Positions 17,748 to 26,117 of a DNA stretch of 63,976 nt are shown here, piece after piece. Under the pieces are notes generated by a model. It ran no database searches. It saw nothing but the letters and a program-made list of their open reading frames with translations, and was not told the origin of the DNA. Each line of letters starts with the position of its first letter. The first letter of the stretch is position 1. The translations under genes and the position numbers were made by a program. Source of the stretch: a virus; the IMG/VR virus record IMGVR_UViG_3300027740_000001, positions 1 to 63,976 of that record; one strand, given 5' to 3'.

Positions 17748-19348
17748 CCTCACCGTTCCCCAAGTTTCCAATCTACCGTGAATTCCAGGAACAGGTAATT
17801 GAGGCTGTATCTAAGTCTACGTCCAGAGTTACGTTTATCGACGCACCACCAGGATCAGGAAAATCTATCATCGGAATGTCCCTTGCACGCCGGGTCAACC
17901 ACGCGCTATACCTTTGCACAACCAAACCTCTCCAGTACCAGATTCACAATGACTTTCCCGACTACCCGATGCTGATGGGACGAGCAAACTATCCATGTAA
18001 CTACAGTGATGCGTCTGCATCTAACTTTCCAAGCGTAAGCTGCGAAGACTGTACTGGCACCAAGGAATCAAAGAGGGAATGTAAGCCAAGATGTTTCTAC
18101 GAAAAGCAGAAACGATTATGCCTTGCATCGCAGACGTGTATCCTGAACACAACGTACTTTCTAACAGAAGCCAACATGGTTGGTGGATTTAGCGGTAAGG
18201 ATCTTGTGATAATTGATGAGTGTGATCGCATTGAAGATGCTATTATCAGATTCATAGAGTTTAATATCAACGAGCGAAACACGGTCGAACTCGGATTTGA
18301 TATTCCATCGAGAAAAACTACACTTGGGTGGAAGAAATGGGCAGAGGATATTATGCCAATGGTAGTTGCTGAGGTTTCTAACGCAGAGAAATGGATTAAT
18401 CCAGGTTCTTCACGTGAAGATATTAAACACATCAAGCGGATCAAATCATTTCTAAGGAAGATTCACGTTTTAAGACAATATCTCGATGATTCATGGGTAT
18501 ACCAGGAGGAGGCTGGTAAATATGGAGTGTCATATAAATTCAAACCTGTGTGGATATCACAGTTCGCAGAGGAATTCCTGTGGGAACACGGAGAAAAATT
18601 CGTGCTTATGTCTGGAAGCATATTCCCTGAACGTAAATCATCAACGCCACAAGTTACCCTCATTCCTGGAACTTCCGGTGAATTGGTGTTGGAAATGGCT
18701 GAAACTCTTGGTCTTAAGCCTGAAGATTGGGATTATATTGAAGTGCCGAATCAGTTTCCCACGGAGAGAAGACCGGTTACGTACTACCCGGTTGCTAATC
18801 TTACAGCTAAAACGATGTTGCAGGAACAGGAACTGCTCGTAAAACCTGTCAAGGATATCATGGGTCAGTATCCAGACTCGAAAGGGTTAATCCATAGCGT
18901 ATCGTATCGCCTAAACGAATTCATGATGTTTCGCCTTAGTGATAAACGCTTGGTAAGTCACGAGGGTGGCATTGGACAACGTGAGGCTTTACTTGAAGAA
19001 TTTAAGCGTACAGACAATCCGCTCGTTATGATGTCACCATCGATGGACCGCGGAATCGATTTACCATACGATCAGTGCAGATTCATCATTATATTAAAGG
19101 TTCCATATCCGAGCCTTGGGGATAAGCATATTGCGAGCAGGGTACGATCTAAGAACGGTAATAGATGGTACGGATGGACTACCGTGTGTAGCCTTGTCCA
19201 GATGTCGATGAGAGGAATGCGAAGCGTTGATGACCAATGCGACGTGTGGATAATGGATGCGCAGTTCGGTAGATTCTTTTCAAAACATGAGCATACGTTT
19301 CCAGTTTGGTGGCGTGATGCGCTAAGGGAGATGCCATGGGAGATATAG
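17744..19348 (+). CDS. XPD/Rad3/DinG-family SF2 helicase with Fe-S Cys cluster
   Basis: Walker A is DAPPGSGKS, motif II is VIIDECD, and later motifs are MSGS, SMDRGIDLP and QMSMRGMRS. Several Cys residues (CNY, SCEDC, ECKPRC) lie between motifs I and II, as in XPD. Confidence 0.8.
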   Translation: MTSPFPKFPIYREFQEQVIEAVSKSTSRVTFIDAPPGSGKSIIGMSLARRVNHALYLCTTKPLQYQIHNDFPDYPMLMGRANYPCNYSDASASNFPSVSCEDCTGTKESKRECKPRCFYEKQKRLCLASQTCILNTTYFLTEANMVGGFSGKDLVIIDECDRIEDAIIRFIEFNINERNTVELGFDIPSRKTTLGWKKWAEDIMPMVVAEVSNAEKWINPGSSREDIKHIKRIKSFLRKIHVLRQYLDDSWVYQEEAGKYGVSYKFKPVWISQFAEEFLWEHGEKFVLMSGSIFPERKSSTPQVTLIPGTSGELVLEMAETLGLKPEDWDYIEVPNQFPTERRPVTYYPVANLTAKTMLQEQELLVKPVKDIMGQYPDSKGLIHSVSYRLNEFMMFRLSDKRLVSHEGGIGQREALLEEFKRTDNPLVMMSPSMDRGIDLPYDQCRFIIILKVPYPSLGDKHIASRVRSKNGNRWYGWTTVCSLVQMSMRGMRSVDDQCDVWIMDAQFGRFFSKHEHTFPVWWRDALREMPWEI

Positions 19349-19581
19349 CTATCGAAAATGAAAGCAAACCAGAAGAGTGGAGCTTAAAAATAATAAGGGT
19401 TTCTAATGGATACCTTCTGGAACATTCGGATGGTGAAAAAGTAGTGGTAGAAGAAAGTTTAGACGACAACCTTAGAGATCATGAACAATTATTATTTGAG
19501 ATTAGAGACTATTTTAATTTTCAGGGAAGTAAGCATGATATGGAGAGGATACAAATTGTCAGACAATCTAATGAAGACTAA
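19336..19581 (+). CDS. Small highly acidic protein (81 aa)
   Basis: The ORF overlaps the helicase stop by 13 nt and is rich in Asp/Glu. Confidence 0.55.
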   Translation: MGDIAIENESKPEEWSLKIIRVSNGYLLEHSDGEKVVVEESLDDNLRDHEQLLFEIRDYFNFQGSKHDMERIQIVRQSNED

Positions 19582-19632
19582 TAAACTAATTAGCGTTGGT
19601 TTTCACAACCTAACGTTAATGGGAGCCAAAAA

Positions 19633-19848
19633 ATGTCAGAACAAAACAATAAAGCAATGTATGATGACGTAGTTATCAAAGAAATGTACCAGAACGTAGT
19701 TATCACCCTTTCTGATGGTACCACGCACGTTTTCACAGGCAAGGCATGCGTGCAAGACGAAAAGGATTCACGTCGTATAAGCGATATTCAATTCACCAAA
19801 CCCAAGCCGATGCCGGAAGGGTATTCGTTCGGCTTAATACCAGCATAG
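19633..19848 (+). CDS. Hypothetical protein (71 aa)
   Basis: The ORF has GGGAG upstream and lies in a co-directional string. Confidence 0.55.
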   Translation: MSEQNNKAMYDDVVIKEMYQNVVITLSDGTTHVFTGKACVQDEKDSRRISDIQFTKPKPMPEGYSFGLIPA

Positions 19849-19857
19849 GAGGATAAT

Positions 19858-20049
19858 GTGAGCAAGTGTATTAACTGCACTGAGTGTAGAACTGTTTATG
19901 GAAATCGTAACATTACTACATGTCGTGCTAACGTTTTTCACAAAATTGCAATAGATCACCCGTTTCTAAGCGTTGAGCGAAAGTGCGTATATTTTGAGGA
20001 AGAAGGTGTAAATGATAACTCTCCTGGAGATAAAAAATCAAATAGGTAA
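19858..20049 (+). CDS. Small Cys-rich protein (63 aa)
   Basis: GTG start lies 5 nt after AGGAGG. It contains CINCTEC...C. Confidence 0.5.
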   Translation: MSKCINCTECRTVYGNRNITTCRANVFHKIAIDHPFLSVERKCVYFEEEGVNDNSPGDKKSNR

Positions 20050-21169
20050 GTACCTTTACCTTACTGATACAGATGTTGTTGACGTTGTGATGGCCTTTGT
20101 TGTTGCGAATAGGATACCGGGGGATTCGATCAGCCTTTACATTGTTGGTCCATCCTCTTCGGCCAAGACAGAGATGATCGAGTGTATATCGAAAAACCCT
20201 CACGTCGAGGAGATATCGATCATCACACCACACGCGTTGATATCTGGCTATAAGGAAAAGGCGAAGGACAATGAAGATCACTCCGTATTAACCAGGCTTC
20301 AGAAAGAAGATAGAAATATCCTTGCGTTCAAGGACTTCACCACCATTATATCCATGCGCCGAGAGGATAGATCCCAATTCATGTCCCACCTTCGTGAGAT
20401 GGCTGACGGAAAGATATCTGGACTATATGGTAATAGGCCACCAATACGGCTGAAGGCTAAGTTTGGAGTGATTGCAGCTTGCACAAACGCAATCGACGAA
20501 TTTGTCGCTGGTAATGCCATCCTTGGGGAAAGGTTCCTAAAATACCGAATTTTGGCAGAGATGACAGGTGAGATAGCCCGTGCCGCAGTCAAACATATTA
20601 CAGATAAAGATGCACTCAGGGATGAAACATCCAGCCTGGTAAAGATATTCCTGGATCAATTTGAAGTAATGTTTCAGACAATTCCGGAAATAGACGATGC
20701 ATGTGAGCATAAGATTATCGATCTGTGCATACTTGGCGCTCACCTTCGAAGTCCCATCATACGTGACGAGAAGGGCATTCAGGTGAGCGAAGTTGACCAC
20801 GAGGGTCCAGGTAGACTGGTATCATCGGTAGCGAAGCTTGCCAGGTCTCTGGCTATTGTAAGGGGGATGGAATTCGCGGATCTATCTCTATACCCAATTC
20901 TTAAGAAGATCGTAAAGGATACAATGCCACCATACCGCTTAAGGATCGTTGAAATGATGTATGAGGCTGGTGGTGTCATTTGCGAGACCGACATCTGCAA
21001 GCGTTTGAATATTAGCCGACCAACCGTTTCAAGATACTGCTCTGACCTTGCATCCATAAGTTTCTGCAAGAGAGATCCAACACCAAGGCAGAAAACTTAT
21101 ATTTCATTAACGGATAGGTATATTACATTAATCGAGAATAGCGAAATTTTTGTTATTGACAAGATTTAG
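20012..21169 (+). CDS. P-loop NTPase with C-terminal winged-HTH (replication initiator/helicase-loader candidate)
   Basis: Walker A is IVGPSSSAKTE and a Walker B-like ILAFKDF is present. The C-terminal ICKRLNISRPTVSRYCSDL has an HTH pattern. A palindromic AT-rich region follows immediately. Confidence 0.6.
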   Translation: MITLLEIKNQIGKYLYLTDTDVVDVVMAFVVANRIPGDSISLYIVGPSSSAKTEMIECISKNPHVEEISIITPHALISGYKEKAKDNEDHSVLTRLQKEDRNILAFKDFTTIISMRREDRSQFMSHLREMADGKISGLYGNRPPIRLKAKFGVIAACTNAIDEFVAGNAILGERFLKYRILAEMTGEIARAAVKHITDKDALRDETSSLVKIFLDQFEVMFQTIPEIDDACEHKIIDLCILGAHLRSPIIRDEKGIQVSEVDHEGPGRLVSSVAKLARSLAIVRGMEFADLSLYPILKKIVKDTMPPYRLRIVEMMYEAGGVICETDICKRLNISRPTVSRYCSDLASISFCKRDPTPRQKTYISLTDRYITLIENSEIFVIDKI

Positions 21170-21217
21170 CTAAACATGGCTTTCAGGAAAAACTGCAATA
21201 ATTTCTTTTATCTTAGT

Positions 21218-21302
21218 CCCTGTAAAGCCTTTGGACCCCCTGCTTATATAGGCAGGATATATATTTTTTGTTATATATATCCCGGACAAAGGCTTTACAG
21301 GG
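21218..21302. repeat. Nested palindrome: 16-bp perfect inverted repeat enclosing two inner palindromes
   Basis: CCCTGTAAAGCCTTTG (21218..21233) pairs with CAAAGGCTTTACAGGG (21287..21302). Inside lie CCTGC..GCAGG and GGATATATA-8 nt-TATATATCC. A third half-site, CCCTGTGAAA, follows at about 21309. Confidence 0.85.
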
Positions 21303-21461
21303 CGTAAGCCCTGTGAAATTACTCAACAAAGTGCTGAAAATTGACACCACTTTACACCTGGAAAATGACAAAATGTCACCATCAAAATGAGATTGTATCA
21401 CGGTTTCACAAAGCTGGGGGGGACTACATCGTTACAGCAACTAAACACACAGGAGGATAAA

Positions 21462-21614
21462 ATGATCACGATAATAGAGGCAATTCCTACGTTATATCAA
21501 GGGGAAGGCAGGTTAATCCTGATGGTATCTAATCCAAAATGGCCGGAAGGAACTAAGCAGTTTACGTATAATATAAATGATAACGGGATGTTAACGCTAA
21601 TAAAGACCGAATAA
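21462..21614 (+). CDS. Small protein (50 aa)
   Basis: ATG at 21462 lies 6 nt after AGGAGG. The longer track ORF starts inside the palindromic region. Confidence 0.5.
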   Translation: MITIIEAIPTLYQGEGRLILMVSNPKWPEGTKQFTYNINDNGMLTLIKTE

Positions 21615-21636
21615 CGTGTGAGGTATAAGTTTTCGG

Positions 21637-21665
21637 TTGACATCCTACGTGTGGTGTGGTATTAT
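21637..21665 (+). promoter_or_regulatory. Sigma70-type promoter (TTGACA-17-TATTAT, TGn extended -10)
   Basis: TTGACA is at 21637..21642 and TATTAT at 21660..21665, preceded by tgg. GGAGGG and the ATG at 21716 lie downstream. Confidence 0.65.
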
Positions 21666-21715
21666 TGTTTGAACATGAAATTCAATTGATATGAAATTAA
21701 ATACTGGAGGGAAAG

Positions 21716-22333
21716 ATGGAAGACTATTTAAGTGGACATAAGAAATGTGGTATTGAGGTTGGTGATCTGGTAAGGATAACAAGAAAGGCAGAATCTGGAG
21801 AGGGGGGATGGGGTAACTTTTGGGTGGGCTTCCTGGATGATATTGTTGGTAAGTATGGAACGGTTAGAAGTGACGATGGCGTCAAGGGATTTGATGTGTG
21901 TACCGAACTGGGATCATTTGATTTTCCATACTTCATACTGGAGAAGATAACCGGTGCCGAACCGGTACCATCACCAAGCGATCACGCCAGTAAATATACT
22001 CTCAAGGACTCCGGTGAACGCGAGACATTCGAAAGTGGTATGGTTCGAGACACGAGAGTGGGAAAGGGCAGATTTGACCTGATCAGCCCCATAGCGCTTC
22101 GTAGGTTGGCACTCATTTACGAGGCTGGCGCGATCAAATATGACTCAAGGAACTGGGAGAAGGGTGCCCCGATTAGCCGCTTCATAGATTCTGCGTTGAG
22201 GCATATAAACCAGTTTAAGGAGGGCAAGAGGGATGAGGATCACATCGCCCAGGCCTGCTGGAATCTATTCTGTGTACTGCACTTTGATGAAGCGAGACCT
22301 GACCTTAACGATCTACCGGTTTACGATATATAA
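21716..22333 (+). CDS. Two-domain protein; C-terminal dATP/dGTP diphosphohydrolase (MazZ-like, DUF5664/PF18909-like) domain
   Basis: RFDLISPIALRRLALIYEAGAIKYDSRNWEKG...ALRH...ED....DHIAQACWNLFC matches the remembered signature of that domain. The N-terminal about 90 aa is a separate small beta-rich domain. Confidence 0.65.
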   Translation: MEDYLSGHKKCGIEVGDLVRITRKAESGEGGWGNFWVGFLDDIVGKYGTVRSDDGVKGFDVCTELGSFDFPYFILEKITGAEPVPSPSDHASKYTLKDSGERETFESGMVRDTRVGKGRFDLISPIALRRLALIYEAGAIKYDSRNWEKGAPISRFIDSALRHINQFKEGKRDEDHIAQACWNLFCVLHFDEARPDLNDLPVYDI

Positions 22334-22345
22334 AGGAGGTAACAC

Positions 22346-22888
22346 ATGAAAAAGATCTTCACACCATCAAACACCGTGCTGATTTCTTGTGCCATCATAG
22401 TCGGGTTATTCATTGCATTGGTAGCGGTTCCAGCTTACATTCAAAAAGGCATTAAGAACGAAGCTGTACTCACTAAATGGGTATACGAACACTCGGATTT
22501 CATATCGATAGATACGGCACGTGAGATTGTACGTCACTCTATGCAGGCCAAAAATCCGTTACTGACAATAGCGTTGATACACGTTGAGAGTGAATTTAAA
22601 CCTACCGCAATCAGTAAGGCCGGAGCTATTGGGCTTACCCAGGTTATGTTCAAGTACCATGGCGACATGTTGATCAAGGCGGGTATTATTAAAGAGAGAC
22701 GTGATCTGCTTAATGTACGTAATTCCATCCAGGCCGGTGATGCCGTGTTGGGTATGTATCTTAAAGAAACGAAGGGTGATATTGAGAAGGCGTTACATAA
22801 ATACCTGGGCGGCAGAGACGGATTCTATGTGAACAAAATTGCGAAGACGGTGATGACATTGTACGTGTTAACGCAATCACAGGGGTAA
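22346..22888 (+). CDS. Membrane-anchored lytic transglycosylase (SLT domain)
   Basis: It has an N-terminal TM helix. The catalytic-Glu motif HVESEF and the AIGLTQV motif are present. Confidence 0.8.
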   Translation: MKKIFTPSNTVLISCAIIVGLFIALVAVPAYIQKGIKNEAVLTKWVYEHSDFISIDTAREIVRHSMQAKNPLLTIALIHVESEFKPTAISKAGAIGLTQVMFKYHGDMLIKAGIIKERRDLLNVRNSIQAGDAVLGMYLKETKGDIEKALHKYLGGRDGFYVNKIAKTVMTLYVLTQSQG

Positions 22889-22891
22889 ATA

Positions 22892-23080
22892 ATGAACGAA
22901 AAGAAAGCCAAGCGACTACGCAGGGAATTGTTCACTCATGATCAATGGTTGTACGAGAAGGCTAACGTTAAGTATGTGCACGCCATAGATAACCGTGACA
23001 ACGAACTTCCGTTTATCATTCGTACATCTGCCATGCTGAACAAGTATCGTGAGAATAAGAGATTGAGCTATGGACATTAA
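22892..23080 (+). CDS. Small basic protein (62 aa)
   Basis: ORF in a co-directional string that overlaps the integrase start. Confidence 0.5.
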   Translation: MNEKKAKRLRRELFTHDQWLYEKANVKYVHAIDNRDNELPFIIRTSAMLNKYRENKRLSYGH

Positions 23081-23867
23081 GGCTATCGTTGATCGATACA
23101 TTCTTGAACTCCAAAAGAAGAACCCGGCTACTCTGTCCCAGTTATATAGATTCATTCTATTCTTTTCTGATATGGACACGGTATCCAAGGAAGATGTAAT
23201 GGACTACATTATAGCCAGGAGACCAGCGGTCAAGCCGTCTACCCTTAACCGTGAGATCACAATTATGAAGCAATTGTTCAGGTGGATGTTAGTACGTGGA
23301 TACATCGACAAAGATCCGTCCGTAGGCATAAAGTACGAGTCCGGGGTGGCTAAGAGGGTGCGGCATATCACAACAGAAGAGGAAGGCCGGCTTATATCAG
23401 AATGCCCTGCCTGGTTACAGCCGATCATCCAATTTGCCACCTCGACCGGTATGAGACGTGGGGAGATCGTGGGTCTGCTGAAGTCAGACGTGAACCTGAA
23501 TGATAAGACGGCTACGATCAGAACATCGAAAAACGGGGAACCGCGGGTTATACCGTTGACGAAGCGCGCCCTCGATGCTGTTGCGGCTACCATCTCGAAG
23601 GGAGATAGGTTGTTCGGGGGTAAGAATGGGGAACCGATTGTGATGTCGAACCTGGAGTACAATATTAGGTCTGCAGCTAATCGTGCAGGAATACATGATC
23701 TACACTTCCACGATATGCGCCATACGTTTGCAACTCGGCTGGTTCGTGCCGGGGTTGATCTATATGCAGTGCAATGCTTGTTGGGACATAAAGGACCAGC
23801 CATGACACAGAGATATAGCCATCATGACATAGGATCGCTGAGGAAGGCTACGGAGAGCGTTATGTGA
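23070..23867 (+). CDS. int: Tyrosine recombinase/integrase, short XerC/D-like form
   Basis: The catalytic signature is present: GMRRGE (Arg I), HFHDMRHTFAT (H-x-x-R), LLGH, and RYSH (Tyr). At 265 aa it has no long N-terminal arm-binding domain. Confidence 0.85.
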   Translation: MDIKAIVDRYILELQKKNPATLSQLYRFILFFSDMDTVSKEDVMDYIIARRPAVKPSTLNREITIMKQLFRWMLVRGYIDKDPSVGIKYESGVAKRVRHITTEEEGRLISECPAWLQPIIQFATSTGMRRGEIVGLLKSDVNLNDKTATIRTSKNGEPRVIPLTKRALDAVAATISKGDRLFGGKNGEPIVMSNLEYNIRSAANRAGIHDLHFHDMRHTFATRLVRAGVDLYAVQCLLGHKGPAMTQRYSHHDIGSLRKATESVM

Positions 23868-23888
23868 TTTACTTGGTTGGTTATTATT

Positions 23889-24059
23889 TTAATGTAAAAC
23901 GTTTAAGTCGTGCCTAAACCTTGCAATAACACAATCTGAGCAATACAAGCTATTCCATAATTCATTAATTGTCGAGCCAACAACCTCTCCGTCTATTAAC
24001 TGTTTAACCAGTCCTTCCCACATCTCTTTCCCACAACCACGACAAAAGAATTTAATCAT
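23889..24059 (-). CDS. Zinc-ribbon miniprotein (56 aa)
   Basis: Manually found ORF: ATG at 24059 after GGGAGGGAAGG. It contains CRGC...CSDC. Confidence 0.5.
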   Translation of the reverse strand: MIKFFCRGCGKEMWEGLVKQLIDGEVVGSTINELWNSLYCSDCVIARFRHDLNVLH

Positions 24060-24079
24060 CCTTCCCTCCCTTGATGAGA

Positions 24080-24493
24080 TTAATACTTTTTATGATATGC
24101 TTTATACGTCCATAATTCTTCTTCCAGGGATTTGATGTGTGCCTTAAATCTATCAATATCCTCACCACCTTCTTTTAAATAAGAGGCAAATCTATTAACC
24201 TTATTCTCCAAATCCTTGATCCTTTTGTCCTTCTCTTCAAGTAATTCTCTCATGAAATTCATCTCATGCTTATCTACCGCAATATTGGTATTCTTCTCGG
24301 AAAGGAGGGAGAGAAGAGAAATTAATGCTTTTGATCCCTGATCAAATACTACCCAGGGTTCTCCAAATCGAAGGCAACCTACTTCTGTACCATCTTCCCT
24401 GGAGTAGAAAGTATACTTTCCATTTTCTAACTCTATCCTTATTCCCCTCTTCTCATTCATTAGTGTTTCCTCAATCTCTTTTACCTCATTCAT
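24080..24493 (-). CDS. Hypothetical coiled-coil protein (137 aa)
   Basis: ATG at 24493 lies 5 nt after GGGAGG and overlaps the upstream stop as ATGA. Confidence 0.6.
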   Translation of the reverse strand: MNEVKEIEETLMNEKRGIRIELENGKYTFYSREDGTEVGCLRFGEPWVVFDQGSKALISLLSLLSEKNTNIAVDKHEMNFMRELLEEKDKRIKDLENKVNRFASYLKEGGEDIDRFKAHIKSLEEELWTYKAYHKKY

Positions 24494-24861
24494 TGGTGCC
24501 TCCCTTCTTTTATTTTTATTCTTTGCAACCATACTGGATATTGAAGAACCGTATTGATAGAACAACTACATCTATCAACTGTGTTTTTACAAATGGTGCA
24601 GATTAGTATTTCTTTCTTATCTATCTTATTTATTGGTGCCTCCCTCCTTCTTTGTAGAGTGTCTAATATAGCAAACATTTTCTCACACAGCCACTGCCGA
24701 TAAGTCCCTATATAATAAACCTTATCAACACGCTGCCCCATCAGTTTGTGTTCATCCGACATACAAGTTACAGGGATTACATTCTCTCTAACCCATTGTT
24801 CAAATTCTTTTCTATTACCTGCCACTACAACAATCATTGTTTTCTCCTTCTCATCGTTCAT
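24490..24861 (-). CDS. Hypothetical protein; the 3' third (24490..24633) looks like a separate Zn-ribbon cistron beginning at an SD-preceded ATA
   Basis: ORF-track ORF. Its internal sequence GGAGGGAGGCACCAATAAAT is paralogous to the GGGAGGCACCAATGAAT start region of the next gene. Confidence 0.55.
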   Translation of the reverse strand: MNDEKEKTMIVVVAGNRKEFEQWVRENVIPVTCMSDEHKLMGQRVDKVYYIGTYRQWLCEKMFAILDTLQRRREAPINKIDKKEILICTICKNTVDRCSCSINTVLQYPVWLQRIKIKEGRHQ

Positions 24862-24988
24862 GGTGTCTTCCTCCTATATAACTCTTCCATATAACTTTCC
24901 ACCACCAAATATATCCCTTGATGGCGATGGGCAGAACCAACAGAAAAATAGTTATTATAATAATAAGCTCAATTTGTTCTTTGTTCAC
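24851..24988 (-). CDS. Small hydrophobic protein (45 aa)
   Basis: Manually found ORF: GTG at 24988 lies 6 nt after GAGGAG. It has a single TM-like stretch, LIIIITIFLLVLPIAI, and its end overlaps the next start. Confidence 0.35.
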   Translation of the reverse strand: MNKEQIELIIIITIFLLVLPIAIKGYIWWWKVIWKSYIGGRHHER

Positions 24989-25018
24989 GGAGTCTCCTCT
25001 ATAGCATGAATAGCTTCT

Positions 25019-25249
25019 CTAATCATATTTGGATCTTGAAGAAGGTTCACTTGACACAAAAAATGAAAGTTCAAAAAATCCATTTTGAATCATCTTCTTT
25101 AGATACTCCAACTCTTCTGATTCAAGTTTAATACTTATCCTTTCCTCATGAATTTCATCGGAAGCATCTTTGATAATTGCATCTGGAAATATCTCTTTTA
25201 GTTCATTTAAATATTTTGCACCTCCGTAGATTAAATCGAATATTTTCAT
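25019..25249 (-). CDS. Hypothetical acidic protein (76 aa)
   Basis: ATG follows AGGAGGGAAG. Confidence 0.6.
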   Translation of the reverse strand: MKIFDLIYGGAKYLNELKEIFPDAIIKDASDEIHEERISIKLESEELEYLKKMIQNGFFELSFFVSSEPSSRSKYD

Positions 25250-25260
25250 CTTCCCTCCTT

Positions 25261-25680
25261 CTAATTCAAATGTGTCTTATGGTCTTTTTCCCAGTGTTCA
25301 CCAAGTCTTTCTAAGATTTCTCCAAAACTACCTCCCTTTACTTTTTTTCCACAAAACTTACATTCAGCTTCTCCGTTATCAGCAATAAGTCGAAATGTTT
25401 CTTTGACTACAGAAATCAGTCTTTGGGTATTTTGTTGTTTTATTCTTGCACATCTCTTGCAAATCCCTTCCCATGCAGAAAAGAGATTCGGGGGCTTTCT
25501 TCCTAGCTGTATATCTTCTTTTAAAACAAAATCTCCACACCTATCACAGATTGCCCAATCATTTGGACATTTACCACATTTTTCACAGTGGGGAGAAAAG
25601 ACATTCATGGTGAATCCACTTTCTCCCCCACAAGGACATTTCCAAACATAACAACTTGTACTCATCTTCCCCTCCTTCAA
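25261..25680 (-). CDS. Multi-zinc-ribbon protein with C-terminal CxxC..H..H module
   Basis: It has at least five CxxC-type pairs. The C-terminal ETFRLIADNGEAECKFCGKKVKGGSFGEILERLGEHWEKDH is paralogous to the 27281..27460 product. Confidence 0.65.
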   Translation of the reverse strand: MKEGKMSTSCYVWKCPCGGESGFTMNVFSPHCEKCGKCPNDWAICDRCGDFVLKEDIQLGRKPPNLFSAWEGICKRCARIKQQNTQRLISVVKETFRLIADNGEAECKFCGKKVKGGSFGEILERLGEHWEKDHKTHLN

Positions 25681-26117
25681 TGTGGATGGGTTAGCAGGAT
25701 TGGTATGGATAAGTCCTGTTTTATGCCCTTTAAATATTGGGTGTTCCCCTCAGCTTCGCCATCACCCATCCATTTTTCCTTCTCTGAGAGGAGGGAGAGG
25801 AGGCCATCAATATCTTTTCTCACTTCTGCAATATAGGTAGAACGATTTAATTTGTTATTAATATCCTTCACCTTATCCATTAGTGCCTCCTTCCTTTCTT
25901 TTTCTAATTCTTCTGGTAATATTTGCAACAGAATTTCATATCTTGCCTCCTTCTCCCTCGAGGTTCGACGAGATTCAAGCCACGACACCTTCATTAATCC
26001 GATCTCTACCTCAGAATGTTGATCTTCTCGATAGTTTTTTGCAAGCCAAAAATAGAAATCCCTCTTGTCTTGTTCATACATTTCTTGTTCGTCCATTATA
26101 TCCTTTTCCTCATTCAT
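25677..26117 (-). CDS. Glu/Lys-rich coiled-coil protein; the frame stays open upstream to an ATA at 26273, adding a Zn ribbon
   Basis: The ORF-track ORF starts at ATG 26117. The same frame encodes TCPKCNST..YRCDNCGW between 26118 and 26273 with no ATG, GTG or TTG. Confidence 0.6.
   Translation of the reverse strand: MNEEKDIMDEQEMYEQDKRDFYFWLAKNYREDQHSEVEIGLMKVSWLESRRTSREKEARYEILLQILPEELEKERKEALMDKVKDINNKLNRSTYIAEVRKDIDGLLSLLSEKEKWMGDGEAEGNTQYLKGIKQDLSIPILLTHPH

Noticed and set aside
21716-22333. Z-genome (2-aminoadenine) pathway
   Set aside because: Only the MazZ-like domain is present. No PurZ- or DatZ-like ORF was recognised anywhere in the genome.
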